Made by a program: the position numbers and the translations under genes
In this document: positions 35,682 through 48,929 of the stretch, one piece after another
Layout of the letters: each line of letters begins with the position of its first letter
Numbering within the stretch: position 1 is the first letter of the stretch
Source of the DNA: Neoconidiobolus thromboides FSU 785
Taxonomy: Eukaryota > Fungi > Entomophthoromycota
Assembly: GCA_025603075.1 (NCBI GenBank)
Contig: MU626383.1
Span: 1 to 61,975 of the forward strand
Reading direction: 5' to 3'
Length of the DNA: 61,975 nt
The notes under the pieces: generated by a model
What the model was told of the DNA's origin: nothing
Database searches by the model: none
What the model saw: only the letters and a program-made list of their open reading frames with translations

Positions 35682-36689
35682 GTATAATACCGTCAATTGC
35701 TTTTTTTAAAATATTCAGCATGCTAAAAAGGGCACTAAATTTATCTAACCAATGCTAAAATAAGTCCTAATATAGTGGAAAGAAAGCTTCATAAAATTGA
35801 GTACTTTTTATAAATATTGAAGTTAGAGACTTTCAAATACATCAATGTATTCAAACGTTACTTTGAGTTTTATTAAATTATATATTACTTGGAACAGGGT
35901 TTTCTTTTTCTTAGCTTACTTTGTCATCTAATTTGCATTTTTTATAAGGAATCAACCTTTAATTAAAAGAACTGTATAGCTGATTTATATCTGTAATAAT
36001 CCAAGTGGTGGAAACGTAAAAGGAAGAGAAAATCTATACTAAACTAAATTATCAAACAATAAAAACTAACATTAGATAAGTATTATAATAATGAAATAAG
36101 ATTATACAGTACTTATTTTCAACTTACATTTCGAAATTGACTAGAAAATAAGGCAATCTGAATTAAATATAGGACATCACCAGTTCAACATAAATGTGAC
36201 CAAACTTTTTAATTTGATATTGTTATCGTTTAAAGTATCAATAGTATTGGTAAAGATTACTATCATAAAAACTTTAGAATCAAAAAAAGTAACAAAACCA
36301 AAATTTCATCGTTTGGATTGAAGTAGTAATATCTTTTTTAATATAGATTGTATTACCTTAAGTTAGAATGATTCTATATTTAATAGTTCCAGTTTAAAGT
36401 TTTGATTCTATACCTCGCTCTAGCTTCCATGCAAATCTCTAGTTACTAACTCAAGTAAATTAACTCTTAAAATAGTTTTACTTCTAGTAATAAAATAGGA
36501 GATCTGTTTTAAATTTAATGCACATAATCTGTAAATAGAGAAATTGTATAAATAAATGAGATACAGCATCATAAAAAAACGTGAGAATTTTATACAAGGT
36601 TAGGATAGTCTATTATAATAAAATATAGTATAAATAGCTAATAATTACTCCATAGATTAAATCAAATATTAACTTTCAAGCTATGGATA

Positions 36690-38591
36690 ACGAAGATTTC
36701 AAGTTTTACCTCTCTCCTAGCTTTGATATTAGTACCAAACGCAGCTGGTATTAAAGAAGATCTATGTATCCCAATTTCAAAAAAGCAAATACTTATATTT
36801 GAAGAGACCTTAGCTTGTCTTGATAACGTTGATTTAGATCCTAGGAAAGCATAAAAACATATTGATTTCTTTAAAAAAGTAGTCTCTTTTTATGCCTGTT
36901 TAGATATTGCTAAAAATTCACCAGAAAAAGAGGTGCCAAGTAATGTGAATCTTACCAAAGGTTTAGATAAAATTAAGAAAAAAAAGCACAAAAAAAATCC
37001 TATCTTATCATGATGTTATTAATTTATCTAATTCTTTACGTGACGATCATAAAGTTCACGATCCAGCTTGTGTTAACTACTTTCTCTTTTGTCAACAATT
37101 TTCATTATATACTTACCATGATGAAAATGGCAACTAAACATCAAAGTTTTGGATGATCTCAAATTTTATCTTGATCATAAAGAGTTTTGGTTAAGCAAAG
37201 GTATTGGCGTTACTAAATATCTTGGCAAAAAAGCCCATTCAATTGATGACTAACTACCTCTTGATTATATTCAAATGTGTGCTAATAAAACCATTGGTGC
37301 CTCAAGAAACGCTAACTCAAGATTAAATTTAGCTTTAACTAGTTCGGTTAATTGCCATGGCACTCGGGGAATAAATTATAAAGAACATGCTTCCTCATCA
37401 ATTACCCCTGAAAAAGGTAAAGTAACTTATATTTTTTTAGTTGATAATGATGGGAAAAGGGTTGGTGTACCCTACCTTGTTACTGGATCAATTGATTATG
37501 ATAATACTGTTAATTACTATAATGATAATTGATTGATTGATCCTACTGGGCATCGAAGCTCTTTCTCTAATGAAAATAGTAAAAGTATGGAAATTTCTGA
37601 GTTAACAAGACAAAAGCAAGTTATTGAAACTAAAGTTGGTCAAGAGCTTCTATCATCTAAAAGTAGTACAGGACTTAATAACCCATTAGCTAAAGATTTT
37701 TTTTGTACAAAACTATTTAGTTAAAGGAGATACTGCTTTATTAAATTCGCTTATTTCTACTACAGCAGAAGTTACTTACTTTGTTAGTGAAATCATCCGT
37801 GTGTTAAGTATATTTAAAATAAACAATATAAAAAAAGCGCTGCTGATATAAGTAATAGCTATGGCGGTGATGTTTATTATAAATTTTATTCAGCTGAGTA
37901 TTTTCTCGCAAAATCCAGGCAATTATATTTCAGTACCGATCAAAAAATGAACTCTATTTTTAATATATTAGATAGAGTAGGCAAAAATATTAGCGGTTTT
38001 CATGACCCTCGGTCTTAGCTAAGACCAGATAGTACTCGTTTTAGTACCTCTGAAGAATTTTCAAAAGAAGATAAATTTGTGTATAGTGGTATTGGGAGTA
38101 GTCACACTCAACTATTTCTTGATCGTTGTACATTTAACCCATTTACAAATCTTATTGAATAGGACAGTAGTACAGTACCATAAGGAGATGAAGATATAGC
38201 TGTCATCTATAATGGTATATGCTACTCCGCTTGTGGGTTATTTAACAATAGTTTACACTTAACTAATGGAATTAATATTATATTATTTGATGGTGATAAA
38301 AAGACCGAAGGTATTCTAGATTCATTAGCTGATGGAGGAACCTATTACATTACTCCTGTTTTACGGAATTTGTAAAGTGTTGGTTTTATTGGTGCTCCAG
38401 GCTCTCTTAAACTTCTACACTTTAAAATTGCCCTTTCTTACGCTTGTAGAAAAGCTTATTTAGGACCCTTCAATCCTAAAAATCCATGCTCTTTAGAATT
38501 TACTTAGATTCCAGCTAAAAAGAAAGTATTTTATATTGAAGAGAGCTCATTAAACCTAGATAAATTACGGGAGCAAGTAGCTAATCTGTAA
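36690..38591 (+). pseudogene. Full-length S41 protease pseudogene (paralog of 10427-12337)
   Basis: Co-linear along its whole length (ACG in place of ATG at 36690; ends GAGCAAGTAGCTAATCTGTAA = EQVANL*); many in-frame stops and frameshifts; ORF fragments 37275-37724 match S41. Confidence 0.92.
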
Positions 38592-39182
38592 CTATAATAA
38601 TAAAAGGCATTGTTTATTGTAATAATAGGGTAACCTTTTTTATTTTTTTTATTTATAAGGATATTGAATAAAACGATGGATTAGTTATACAAAAAGCAAT
38701 TTGTTTATGTCAATAAGATTCTAGGTAACTTAACTACACATTTTTTTAATAGCTTTCCTGTTGATCGATACCCTTGAGCTCTACCACTATGTATTATTAT
38801 TTTCATTCAAACCTCGTTTAATTTATACTATTTGATATCAGCCTTGTTAAACACTACCTCGAACACATTTCTAAATAAAATTTTGCCAAATTCAGCATTT
38901 TGTTACATCCTTTTATAACTATTACTTTTAGTAGTGTTTACTCAGTTTTTTAATGAAAATATGAAAAATTTAAAGTAAAAACATTTAATATGAGGGTGCC
39001 TATTTTGATTGAATTTATTTATTGATTTCTTTTTTTAGAGATCATGTGGCTATAGATCACAGAGCAAATAATGAAAGGCTACAGGCTATTGTCTATTAAC
39101 CACAAGTTGGGAATAGCACATTACGAGTCTATTGAGAAATCAAGCCCTTGATAGAGTAGGTCATGATTAGGCTATCTTCGAT

Positions 39183-39244
39183 TGGGTGTTTTTTAAGCAC
39201 TATTTAGCGAAAAAAATATTACTAAAATAAAAATAGACATTCTA
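39183..39244 (-). mobile_element. Internally deleted, degenerate MITE copy
   Basis: TTTTTTAAGCACTATTTAGCGAAAAAAATATTACTAAAAT...ACATTCT. Confidence 0.5.
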
Positions 39245-39741
39245 ATATCTATATTCAGCTCTAAGCAACTATGCTTATTATAAAGAAACAGGGTTTTTAT
39301 TATAGTATGGTTTGAATGTATTAAACCAATTTAAGCTTTATATATATATATATTATATTTAAATTAGAACACAATAGTACAGCCATAGAAAATTAAGCAA
39401 TATGGTATAAAGCCTTTCAATTTATATTTGAATATCAATAACCAAACTAATAAACGACTCTTTAAAAGCTAATTATAAAAGATAAATACATCATATTCGA
39501 ATCTATCATTAGCTAATTCGTATCATTCATTGAAGATCTAGCTTGATTATTCACTTCTAAAATACATATGATAACCCAAAAATGGCTACTAAATACGATG
39601 TTCTAAAAGTAATATTGATTATTCAAAAACACTCAAATTATTAAATAAGTATAAAAATAAAAGTTCTAAAACAAGAGTTCTATTTTTAAAAAAAAGGGGG
39701 TAATACATGACAAGGGGTAAAAAAATGAGATTTTTGAATAA

Positions 39742-40671
39742 TTAATTTTTACCATAATACATGTATTGAACATCGACTAATTTTTTACCTCTAGCTTTGG
39801 CAATTTGATCTGGAGTACGTTGATTTTGAAGCGCTTCAAAGAAACATTTAATTACATTCATTGGATTTAATGAACCATAAACTTTAGCTCCTAAATCAGT
39901 AATACCAATACATTGACAAATTTCATGAATATATAAATTAGTACGTACTCCAAAACCTATATAAAATATTTTTAATCGAAAAATAAATATAAAAATAATA
40001 TAATACCTGGTGGTCTAGCAAAAAGTTTAAGTTTAGTAGCTTTAAACTTTAATTCTAAATCGTGATAAATAGTACGTTTATCATATCTTTCAAATTGAAC
40101 CATATTTTTAATAGCTCTTTGAGTGGCTTTTTTAATTGCTTTTTCAGCTGAATCTCCTTTACCTTCAGCATAACCAGCAGCACCAATACCATTACCAACA
40201 ACTACTAAAGCAGACATGGATGGAATTTTACCCCCACTAGTCATATTAACCGTTCTTTTTACAATCAATACTTTCTTTTTTAATCTTTTAAACATTTCGG
40301 GTGTGATTCCTAAATCTGAGCTATAAACTACATCTTCACTATCTCCAATAATACTTTCTTTTGGAGGTGGGTAACTTGGATATTCATACTGACCATCTTT
40401 TAAATTTTTGTCGTTGATCAAATTGTCTACTTTTTCATTAGGGAAATCTAAGTAAGGATGAAATTTGCCTAAGTTTGGATAACCTACTCCACTCGCCTTT
40501 TTTTCGGTATTGTTTTGAAGTAATGTACTACCAGTCGATAAACTCTTAGTTAGTATAGCATTTAAGTTATTGCTAACTTGTATTTATTGTTAACTTATTG
40601 ATTTAAATATTTTTATTTGCTTTACCTCCTTTTGACGCTATTCTTTTAATTCCAAAATTCAATAAACTCAT
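39742..40671 (-). CDS. MRPS5: Mitochondrial ribosomal protein uS5m; 3 exons
   Basis: VKRTVNMTSGGKIPSMSALVVVGNGIGAAGYAEGK S5 N-domain; splicing adds GFGVRTNLYIHEICQCIGITDLGAKVYGSLNPMNVIK...ARGKKLVDV and a presequence MSLLNFGIKRIASKG. Confidence 0.92.
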
Positions 40672-40915
40672 TTTTAAAATTCTAAAAAATAACAAATTTA
40701 ATTTTTTTAAATTTTATTAAATTTAATGGGATATTTGAACAATTCTATACAAACTTTGTAGTTTATGCCAGCAAATAAAATTTAATTGACAACAAAAAAA
40801 ATAAACTCAAAATTTAAAATTATATAAATGTATCAAAATAAAAAACAAATAGCATCAATAAATGTTTAATATAAAAATCGAAACTATTTATTATTATAAC
40901 TACTAAACATTTTAT

Positions 40916-42139
40916 TTAATCATCTGATAACAAGTCTTCCAACTCTTTCTCTTCTTCTTCCGTAAGCGTAACATTACTTGGCTTTGAATATTCTAATGGT
41001 TTTAAGTCCTCAAAATTGGGTTGTTTACCAATATCTTTCAACAACCAAGATCTAAGACTACCATCTAAAGAAGCAGAAATGATTTTTTGGTCTTTATTAA
41101 TAAATGTAATAGCAGTAATTTCATCCCAATGACCATTAAAAGTACCTAATAAAGTTTCATTTAAAACATCAAATACACGTATAATCTCATCTCTTCCGCC
41201 AGTAATACAATATCGATTGTCTTCTGTTACATAAATACTCCTTACATGATCTGGATGCTCAAAGGAGGTATCTATTTTATTTTCGATTAAGCTATATCTT
41301 TTAACTGTTTTATCACCAGAACTAGACCATATTTCATCTTCCGTTAAAAATAATTTATAGACTGTAGTTAAATGATATTCGAATATATTTTCAATTTTAT
41401 AATCGCTTTTTATATTCCATTGAATAATTTTCAAATCTCCAGAACAAGTATAAATAAAATCATTATCTATACTTATTTTAATATCTTCAATGGTCCCCTT
41501 ATGTCCTTTTAATATTCTACAGCTTTTTGTTTGATCAAATGGATAAATTCGAAGCTCTTTATCACTTGAACCTGATATTAGATATCTTTTACCATCTTTT
41601 ATAAATGTATTAACACATTTAACAAAATCATTGTGCTCTGAATATGTTTTGACAATCTTATTTTCCTATGATTATGGTATTAGTGTTATTTCAAATACTA
41701 TTGCTATTTATCCTTTACTTTAACATTCCATAGTATCAGTTTTTTGTCCCAAGAACCTGATAACAAATACTCTTCCCCATTTTCTTGAAAATACTTAATA
41801 CAAGTAACAGGAGCTTGATGACCTTTAAATACCTTAATTGTTTTTTCTGTCTAAACCATAAATTAACCGATTGTATAAGAATAAAAACTAATAATAATTT
41901 ACTTTTAGATTTAAATATCTAATAATGTTACCAGCGTGAGCCAAAAAAACTTTATCTTCTGAAGGATGTTTTTCTAAAGCTAAGATTTTGTTATTAAACT
42001 CAATGGGTTGACCAACTAAATCTTTAGGTAGCTTTTTTTTGGCTTCAATTCTTTTTGTATTCTCGATATCGCGATCCGTTTGAAAAAAATGCTCACTACT
42101 CGTTCCATAATTGACTCCTGTATTGTTACTTATACTCAT
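40916..42139 (-). CDS. WD40-repeat protein; 3 exons
   Basis: Spliced WD repeats (FKGHQAPVTC...LSGSWDK, SEHNDFVKC...ISGSSDK, LKGHKGTIED, FEHPDHVRS...TGGRD, FNGHWDEIT...SASLDGSLRSW); likely start MSISNNT at 42139. Confidence 0.85.
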
Positions 42140-42927
42140 TTTCAAAAAAAAACGGTTTCGAAATTTAAAATTATTATTATATTGATTGGTAATATAAGTC
42201 AATAGATTTGAGTTTTTCAACCAAGATGTTTATTAGAATTTTGCAATTAAGTAAAAATTTTGCATTTAAAATAACGAACCGAAATTTTAAGTTGGTTTCA
42301 AAGACTCAAAATAGGTATAATATATACTATACGTTTATTATAACGCTATTAAGTATCACATCATCGCTTTGTTTAGTTTCATAATTTTGTTTATTTATCT
42401 AGAATTAAGATATCAATCTTTATTTCAGATCAAGCTTAGTCAAAAAATCACTTAGCTTCGTTTCAACTAGAGAACAAGTGGAAATGTTTTTAAGAAACTA
42501 ATTAGCCAATACGACTGTTCAAGCTTGGATGCGTGCTAGTTAACCGTTAACTTTAAGATAAATTATAAACATCAAGCTGAAAAAGCATAATAACGCAAAT
42601 AGTTGACTATAAAAGTTATCACTAGCTAACGTACATTTAAACTTAAGTAGTTGTATTCGCTAATTGATTTGAGATTTCAAAAAATGGCAAAAATGGGTAA
42701 TTGATAGAAAACACTCCCGAGTATTTAAACAAGGTTATGATGGTTATACTTTTTTCATAATTTATTCTTTATTATAATTATATTGTTTTGAAATAAACAT
42801 TGCCAAACAATTTTAATTTTTTGAATTTAAATTTAAAAATTTTAAATCCTAAATCCAAATCCCATAATTTTCGATCTTTCAAATTGAATCTTAGAATTAT
42901 TGAATTAAATATTTTTTATAGAAAAAA

Positions 42928-45900
42928 ATGAATATATCCCAGCCAATAAGCTCGGAAGTAGCGGGAGTCAACTTCTCGATCTATACGCCCGAAGAAATTA
43001 GAAAGATCTCCGTTAAACCTATTTATGACCCAAAAACATTTGATATCTATAATAACCCAAATAAAGGCGGTTTATATGATCCAGCTTTAGGTGCTTGTGA
43101 TACAGCAGATATGTAATTATTATTATTATCATTATTGAAATAAGTTTTAAACTTCAAACTTTTTTAGTTGCGGTACTTGTAGCTTAGATAAATCAGCCTG
43201 TCCAGGCCATTTTGGACATATAGAATTGCCTGTTCCTGTTATCAATGCTTTATTTTATGAGCAAGTATTACGTTTACTTGCATCAAAATGTTTTTTTTGT
43301 CACAAATTGAGATTCAGTAACAAAAATGTAATTTTCTATATCGTAGTATTTTACTTAAGCTAAATTGAAATTTTAGAGAATTATTTTTATGGCCAAGTTC
43401 AAATTACTCCAAGCTGGCTTAATTGCACAAGCTGAAAATTTAGATCCATCGATGATACCAAATACTACATCAGGTACCAACATTGAAGATCCTGGAAAGA
43501 AAGCTATGGCCATTTTTAATAATATTAAGAATGCGTATTTAAAAAGTGAAAAAACAGATAAGCTACCAGGGTTCCAAAAATCCACAAATACTAATAATTT
43601 ACATTCTGAATTTATTAGAGAAATTTTAAAAAGTTCATCAAGTTGTAATGTATGTAAAACTTGTGGTGGCGTCGCTGTTAAAGTTTCTCATGATTCTTAT
43701 CATAAAATCTTTCAAGCTCCATTATCTAAAAAGAAATTAGCTAAAATGCAAATGTTGAATATTTCCATAGGTGACGTTTTTAAGCAATCTAGCCTTTCAA
43801 CTCAAAAGAAAGAATTTGAAGCTGATGTTGAGATTGTCAAAGAAGCAGCTGAAATTTATAGTCAAACTAAAGTCACCAATGGCCAATTAGACAATTTAGA
43901 ACAAGTTCAAAATGGTGATACAATAGAAGAAGAAGAAGAAGAAGAACCGAAAATAAATGGTAAAGGTGGTAAAGAAGGTTTAACTTTATTAACTCCATTA
44001 CATGTTTTACATCACATCCATCTTTTATTTGAAAAAGAAAAAGAAATTTGCTCCATTCTTTTTGGTGATATTACTGGAAGAACCAAGTTAGATTCTAGAA
44101 TGTTTTTATTAGAAGTTGTTTCAGTTCCTCCTTCTAGATTCCGTCCAGCTGCTATGATGAATGGGTCCATTATGGAAAATCCACAAACTGCTAATCTTGC
44201 TAAAATTTTAAATGCTTGTCAAAGCGTCAAAGAAGCATCGAATCAAAAAGATAGATTGGATTTATTAATTGATTCTTGGATTCAACTGCAAAAAGATGTC
44301 AATGCTCTTATTGATTCTTCCCGTGGTAATAATAATTATAATAAAGATCCATTACCAGGTATAAAACAAGTGCTTGAAAAGAAAGAAGGCTTATTCCGTA
44401 AACACATGATGGGAAAACGTGTAAATTATGCTGCTCGTTCAGTTATTTCCCCAGATCCAAATATTGAAACTAATGAAATTGGTATACCCCCTGTTTTCGC
44501 AACCACCCTTACTTACCCTGAGCCAGTTACACACTATAATGTTAAAAAGCTTAGAGATGCTGTCATAAAAGGTCCAAAAGTATGGCCAGGAGCTACACAT
44601 GTTCAACATGAGGATGGTACATTAACTCAACTTGAAGCTTTAAGCACCGAATCAAGAATTGCACTTGCTAATCAATTACTTACACCTCAAGATTCAATGG
44701 CGACATCTTTACAATCTGGCAGTGCATTTGCTCCACAAGTCCAAGGAATTAACAAGAAAGTTTACCGCCACATTGGTAATGGCGATATTGTTTTGTTAAA
44801 CAGACAGCCTACTTTACATAAGCCTTCTATTATGGCCCATAAAGTTCGTGTACTTCCTGGTGAAAAAACTATTCGTATGCACTATGCTAACTGTAATACT
44901 TATAATGCTGATTTTGATGGTGATGAAATGAATATTCATTTCCCTCAAAGTGAAGTTGCAAGATCTGAGGCTTATATGATTGCCAATACTGATAACCAAT
45001 ACCTTGTTCCAACCAACGGTGCTCCTTTGAGAGGTTTGATCCAAGATCACGTTGCTACAGGTGTCCTTATGACTTGTAAAGATACATTCTTCACCCGTGA
45101 AGAATATATGCAATTGATTTATGGCTCTTTTAGACCTGAAGACGATCTTGAAGATGATCAACGTATTATCACTGTACCACCAGCAGTTTTTAAACCTCGT
45201 CCCTTATGGACTGGTAAACAAATCATTACTACTATAATGGCCAATTTAACCCGTAAATTTGAGCCTATTAACCTTGAATCTAAATGCAGAGTACCAGCTA
45301 GGTATTGGGATAAATCTGCGCCCGAAGAAGGTAAAGTTATCTTTGTTCAAGGAGAGTATATCACTGGTTGTCTTGATAAAAATCAATTTGGTGCTTCATC
45401 CTATGGTTTAGTTCACGCTGTCTATGAGCTTTATGGTGCAATAACAGCAGGAAAATTATTAAGTATTTTAGGAAGACTTTTTACTAAATATTGTCAACAT
45501 CGTGGTTTCACTTGTAGAATGGATGATTTAGGATTAACTCCAATTGGTGATAAATGGAGAAGAGATATTATTTCAGAAAGTACTGGTGCTGGTCAAGAAG
45601 CTACTATTGGCTATATTGGCCTTAAAGGACAAGAAAAATTTAAAAATTTTCAAAACGACTTTTTAGACCGTATGCAAGAAGTTTACCATAATGATGAAAA
45701 ACTTCAAGGCTTAGATGCCACTATGAAAAATAAAATGAATGGAATTACTTCTTCCATTATTCAAAGTTGTATTCCAGATGGCCTTTATCGTAAATTTCCA
45801 CAAAATCATATGCAGGTTATGACAGTTTCTGGTGCCAAAGGTTCTAATGTGAATGTATCTCAAATTTCATGTTTATTAGGACAACAAGAACTTGAAGGTC

Positions 45901-48119
45901 GTCGTGTACCATTGATGGCCTCTGGTAAAACACTACCATCTTTCCAACCTTATGAAACTTCCGCTAGAGCTGGTGGTTTCATTGCTGGTCGATTCTTAAC
46001 TGGTATTAAACCACAAGAGTATTTCTTCCATTGTATGGCTGGTCGTGAAGGTTTAATTGATACAGCTGTTAAAACCTCACGTTCTGGCTATATTCAACGA
46101 TGTCTTATTAAACATCTTGAAGGTCTCCGTGTTCATTATGATTATACTGTTAGAGATTTCGATGGTTCCCTTCTTCAATTTTACTATGGTGAAGATGGTT
46201 TAGATGTCACTAAACAAAAGTACATTAATAAGTTTGAATTTTCTGCTAAGAATTATTCTGCTATTAAAAATAGATATCCAATTAATCAAACTGCCTTTAA
46301 TCATATCGATGGGAGTGATGCCATTAATTATAGTAAAAAAGTGGCTAAGAAACCTTATAAATATGATCCTACCATGGCTTTATATTCTCCTTCTAAATAT
46401 CTTGGTTCCGTTTCAGAGAAATTTTATGGTGCCTTAAATAAATTTACATCTGATCCATCAAATGAACACTTATGGAAAGAAAGTGCTGGCGATTCTAATG
46501 CTGTTACAAAACGTAAATTCAAGACTCTGATGAACCTTAAATTTATGAGATCACTTGCAGATCCTGGAGAAGCAGTTGGTCTTTTAGCTGCCCAGTCCGT
46601 TGGTGAACCATCTACTCAAATGACATTGAACACTTTCCATTTTGCTGGTTTTGGTGCAAAGAACGTTACTCTTGGTATTCCTCGTCTCAGGGAAATTGTT
46701 ATGGTTGCTTCTAAAGAAATTAAAACGCCTTCAATGACTTTGTCTATTAAACCTGAAGTCACAGATCAAGAAAAAGAAGACTTCTGTAAACAAATCACTA
46801 AATTACGTCTAAGTGAATTGACAGATGAAATTGAAGTTGTTGAAAGTTTAGCTACTGTAGAAAACACCCTTACCAAACAATATGTCATTAAACTTAAACT
46901 TTTCTCTCCAGAAGAATATACTCCAGAGTTTAGTGTTACTCCTCGATTAGTGGAACGTAGTATGATATTTTTTGCCAAGCGTCTTGAACACTTGCTTGTT
47001 TTAGAACTTCGTCGTAAGGGCATCAGAATATCAATGCTTAATCCAGGTGAAAAGAAAGGTGAAGATGATGAAGACGATGGTGAAGGTATCGATGATAAGC
47101 CAAGTACAAAGAAGAAAGCTGATACAGGAGATTTATCTGATGGAGATGATGCTGAAGAATCTGATGGAGATGATGATGCTAAGAAGAGTGAAAAGAGTAA
47201 ACAAAAGGGAGTTTATGAAAATGAAGATGAAAAAGATGACGAACTTGAAGCTATTAATAAAGAATTTGCTGATGGAGGTGAAGAATTAGATGAAAAGGAG
47301 GTTGAGGAAACAATCAAAAAGTCTATCAATGATACTATCTCAGTCTATGATAATATCATCAAAAAGGCCAAATTTATTACTGACTTCAAATTTGATAATG
47401 AAGGAGGCAATTATGCTGAGTTCTGCCTTAACTTCCCAGTTAAAACAAAGAAAATTCTTATGGTTGGTATTGCTGAAAAAGCTTGTAAACAAGCCATTGT
47501 TCGTCAAGTTAAAAATATTGAAAGAGCCTTCCCAATTGAAAATGAAGCTGCTAACGATATGAGAAGATTAATAGCTACGGAAGGTTTAAATATTCAAGAT
47601 ATATGGAAATATTCCGATATCATTGACGTTAATAATATAGAAACAAATGATTGTTATAATATGCTTATAACGTATGGTGTTGAAGCTTGTAGAAATTCAA
47701 TTAAGAGAGAAATTGCTTCTGTGTTCGGAGTTTATGGTATTGAAGTTGATCAACGTCATTTAGCATTAATCGCTGATTATATGGTAATTTTATTTATTTT
47801 ATTTTAAGACTAATTAACTCTAATTTTGATTAGACTTATGAAGGTGGCTATAGAGCATTCAATCGTATGTCTATTAAAACTTGTCCATCACCACTTCAAC
47901 AAATGTCCTTTGAAACAACGGTTTCTTTCCTTGCAAAAGCGGTTCTGTAAGTTTAAAATTTTATATTTTATATTTATAGCTTATAATTGTTTTAGCCATA
48001 ATGATCATGATACCTTAATGTCACCATCATCTAGAATTGTACTTGGTAAAGTAGTTGAGGGTGGTACTGGAGCCTTTGGTATTTACCAACCAATTACACT
48101 AAATTCTAAAGTACATTAA
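42928..48119 (+). CDS. RPA190: DNA-directed RNA polymerase I largest subunit; 5 exons
   Basis: Exons ~42928-43112, 43168-43327, 43377-47783, ~47834-47946, ~47997-48119; CGTC..CPGHFGHIEL zinc site, NADFDGDEMN active site, GLIDTAVKTSRSGY bridge helix, EPSTQMTLNTFH trigger loop, Pol I-type acidic insertion. Confidence 0.97.
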
Positions 48120-48770
48120 GTAACGTTGTAGTTTAATAGATTTGTAGAAAATTTTTTATATGTCCTTTATACTTTAATGCTATTACGTTTGTTACCCTTT
48201 TTTATAGAATATAATTTTAAATCTAGTCAATTTAATTTTATTAATTAAAAATTCATAATCTTGTTTATATATTTGAATTGTTTTATTATAACTGTTATCA
48301 GTACTGGCTTTTACTTTTGACATTTGCTATTGAATAATTTGTTAATTATAAAATACCGTATTATTAAAGGAGGTTATATAACAATTTTGTCAAAAATTTT
48401 CCTTCTATTCCTTAATTGGCACCACTATTTAAAATGCTACTATTTTTTTAATATAATGCAATTTAACAAAACGATTATCTATGGTGTAATATTTCAAATA
48501 GATATAATGATATTGTTGAATAATTAATATAGAAAATCCCATTCAAAAGGAATTTTTAAATTTTAAGGCTACAAAATAAATAGGATTTGCTTGAAGTTAA
48601 ATACAAATAATCTTAGTGAGATGAAATATGGTTTGCAATTCAAGTAATACAAAGCAACCAATTAAGCATTATTAAGGCTTCAAAGTTTAATTACACTTAT
48701 TTTTTACCTTGCTTTATCATTTTACCTTAAATAAATAAATGAGGCCATAACTACTTTAATATATCTATAT

Positions 48771-48868
48771 GGGGATGTATTTTTGTGTTTAAGAGCTTTA
48801 CTAATAATTTTTCCACTCAAATAGTGCTTAAAGAATGGAAAAAGTAATAAAACTAAAAAACCATCCCC
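48771..48868 (+). mobile_element. MITE family copy
   Basis: ATAT|GGGGATGT...CATCCCC|ATAT, 98 bp. Confidence 0.92.
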
Positions 48869-48929
48869 ATATCAATCTTTCTTTTCTGTTGATTGCACTT
48901 TGAAATACCATTAAAACTAGAATTATTAT

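Noticed and set aside
36150-36480. Possible fifth F-box/LRR-like relic on the minus strand
   Set aside because: Similarity to the 53.9-54.1 kb block is too weak to judge by eye in AT-rich DNA
47050-47310. Highly acidic D/E stretch in RPA190 as a novel insertion
   Set aside because: Corresponds to the known Pol I-specific acidic expander/DNA-mimicking loop region
43373-48119. Alternative-frame and antisense ORFs inside RPA190 (43373-43585, 44814-45161, 46204-46437, 46766-47023, 47047-47562, 47826-48119)
   Set aside because: Overlap the conserved polymerase frame; the last is an off-frame read across spliced terminal exons
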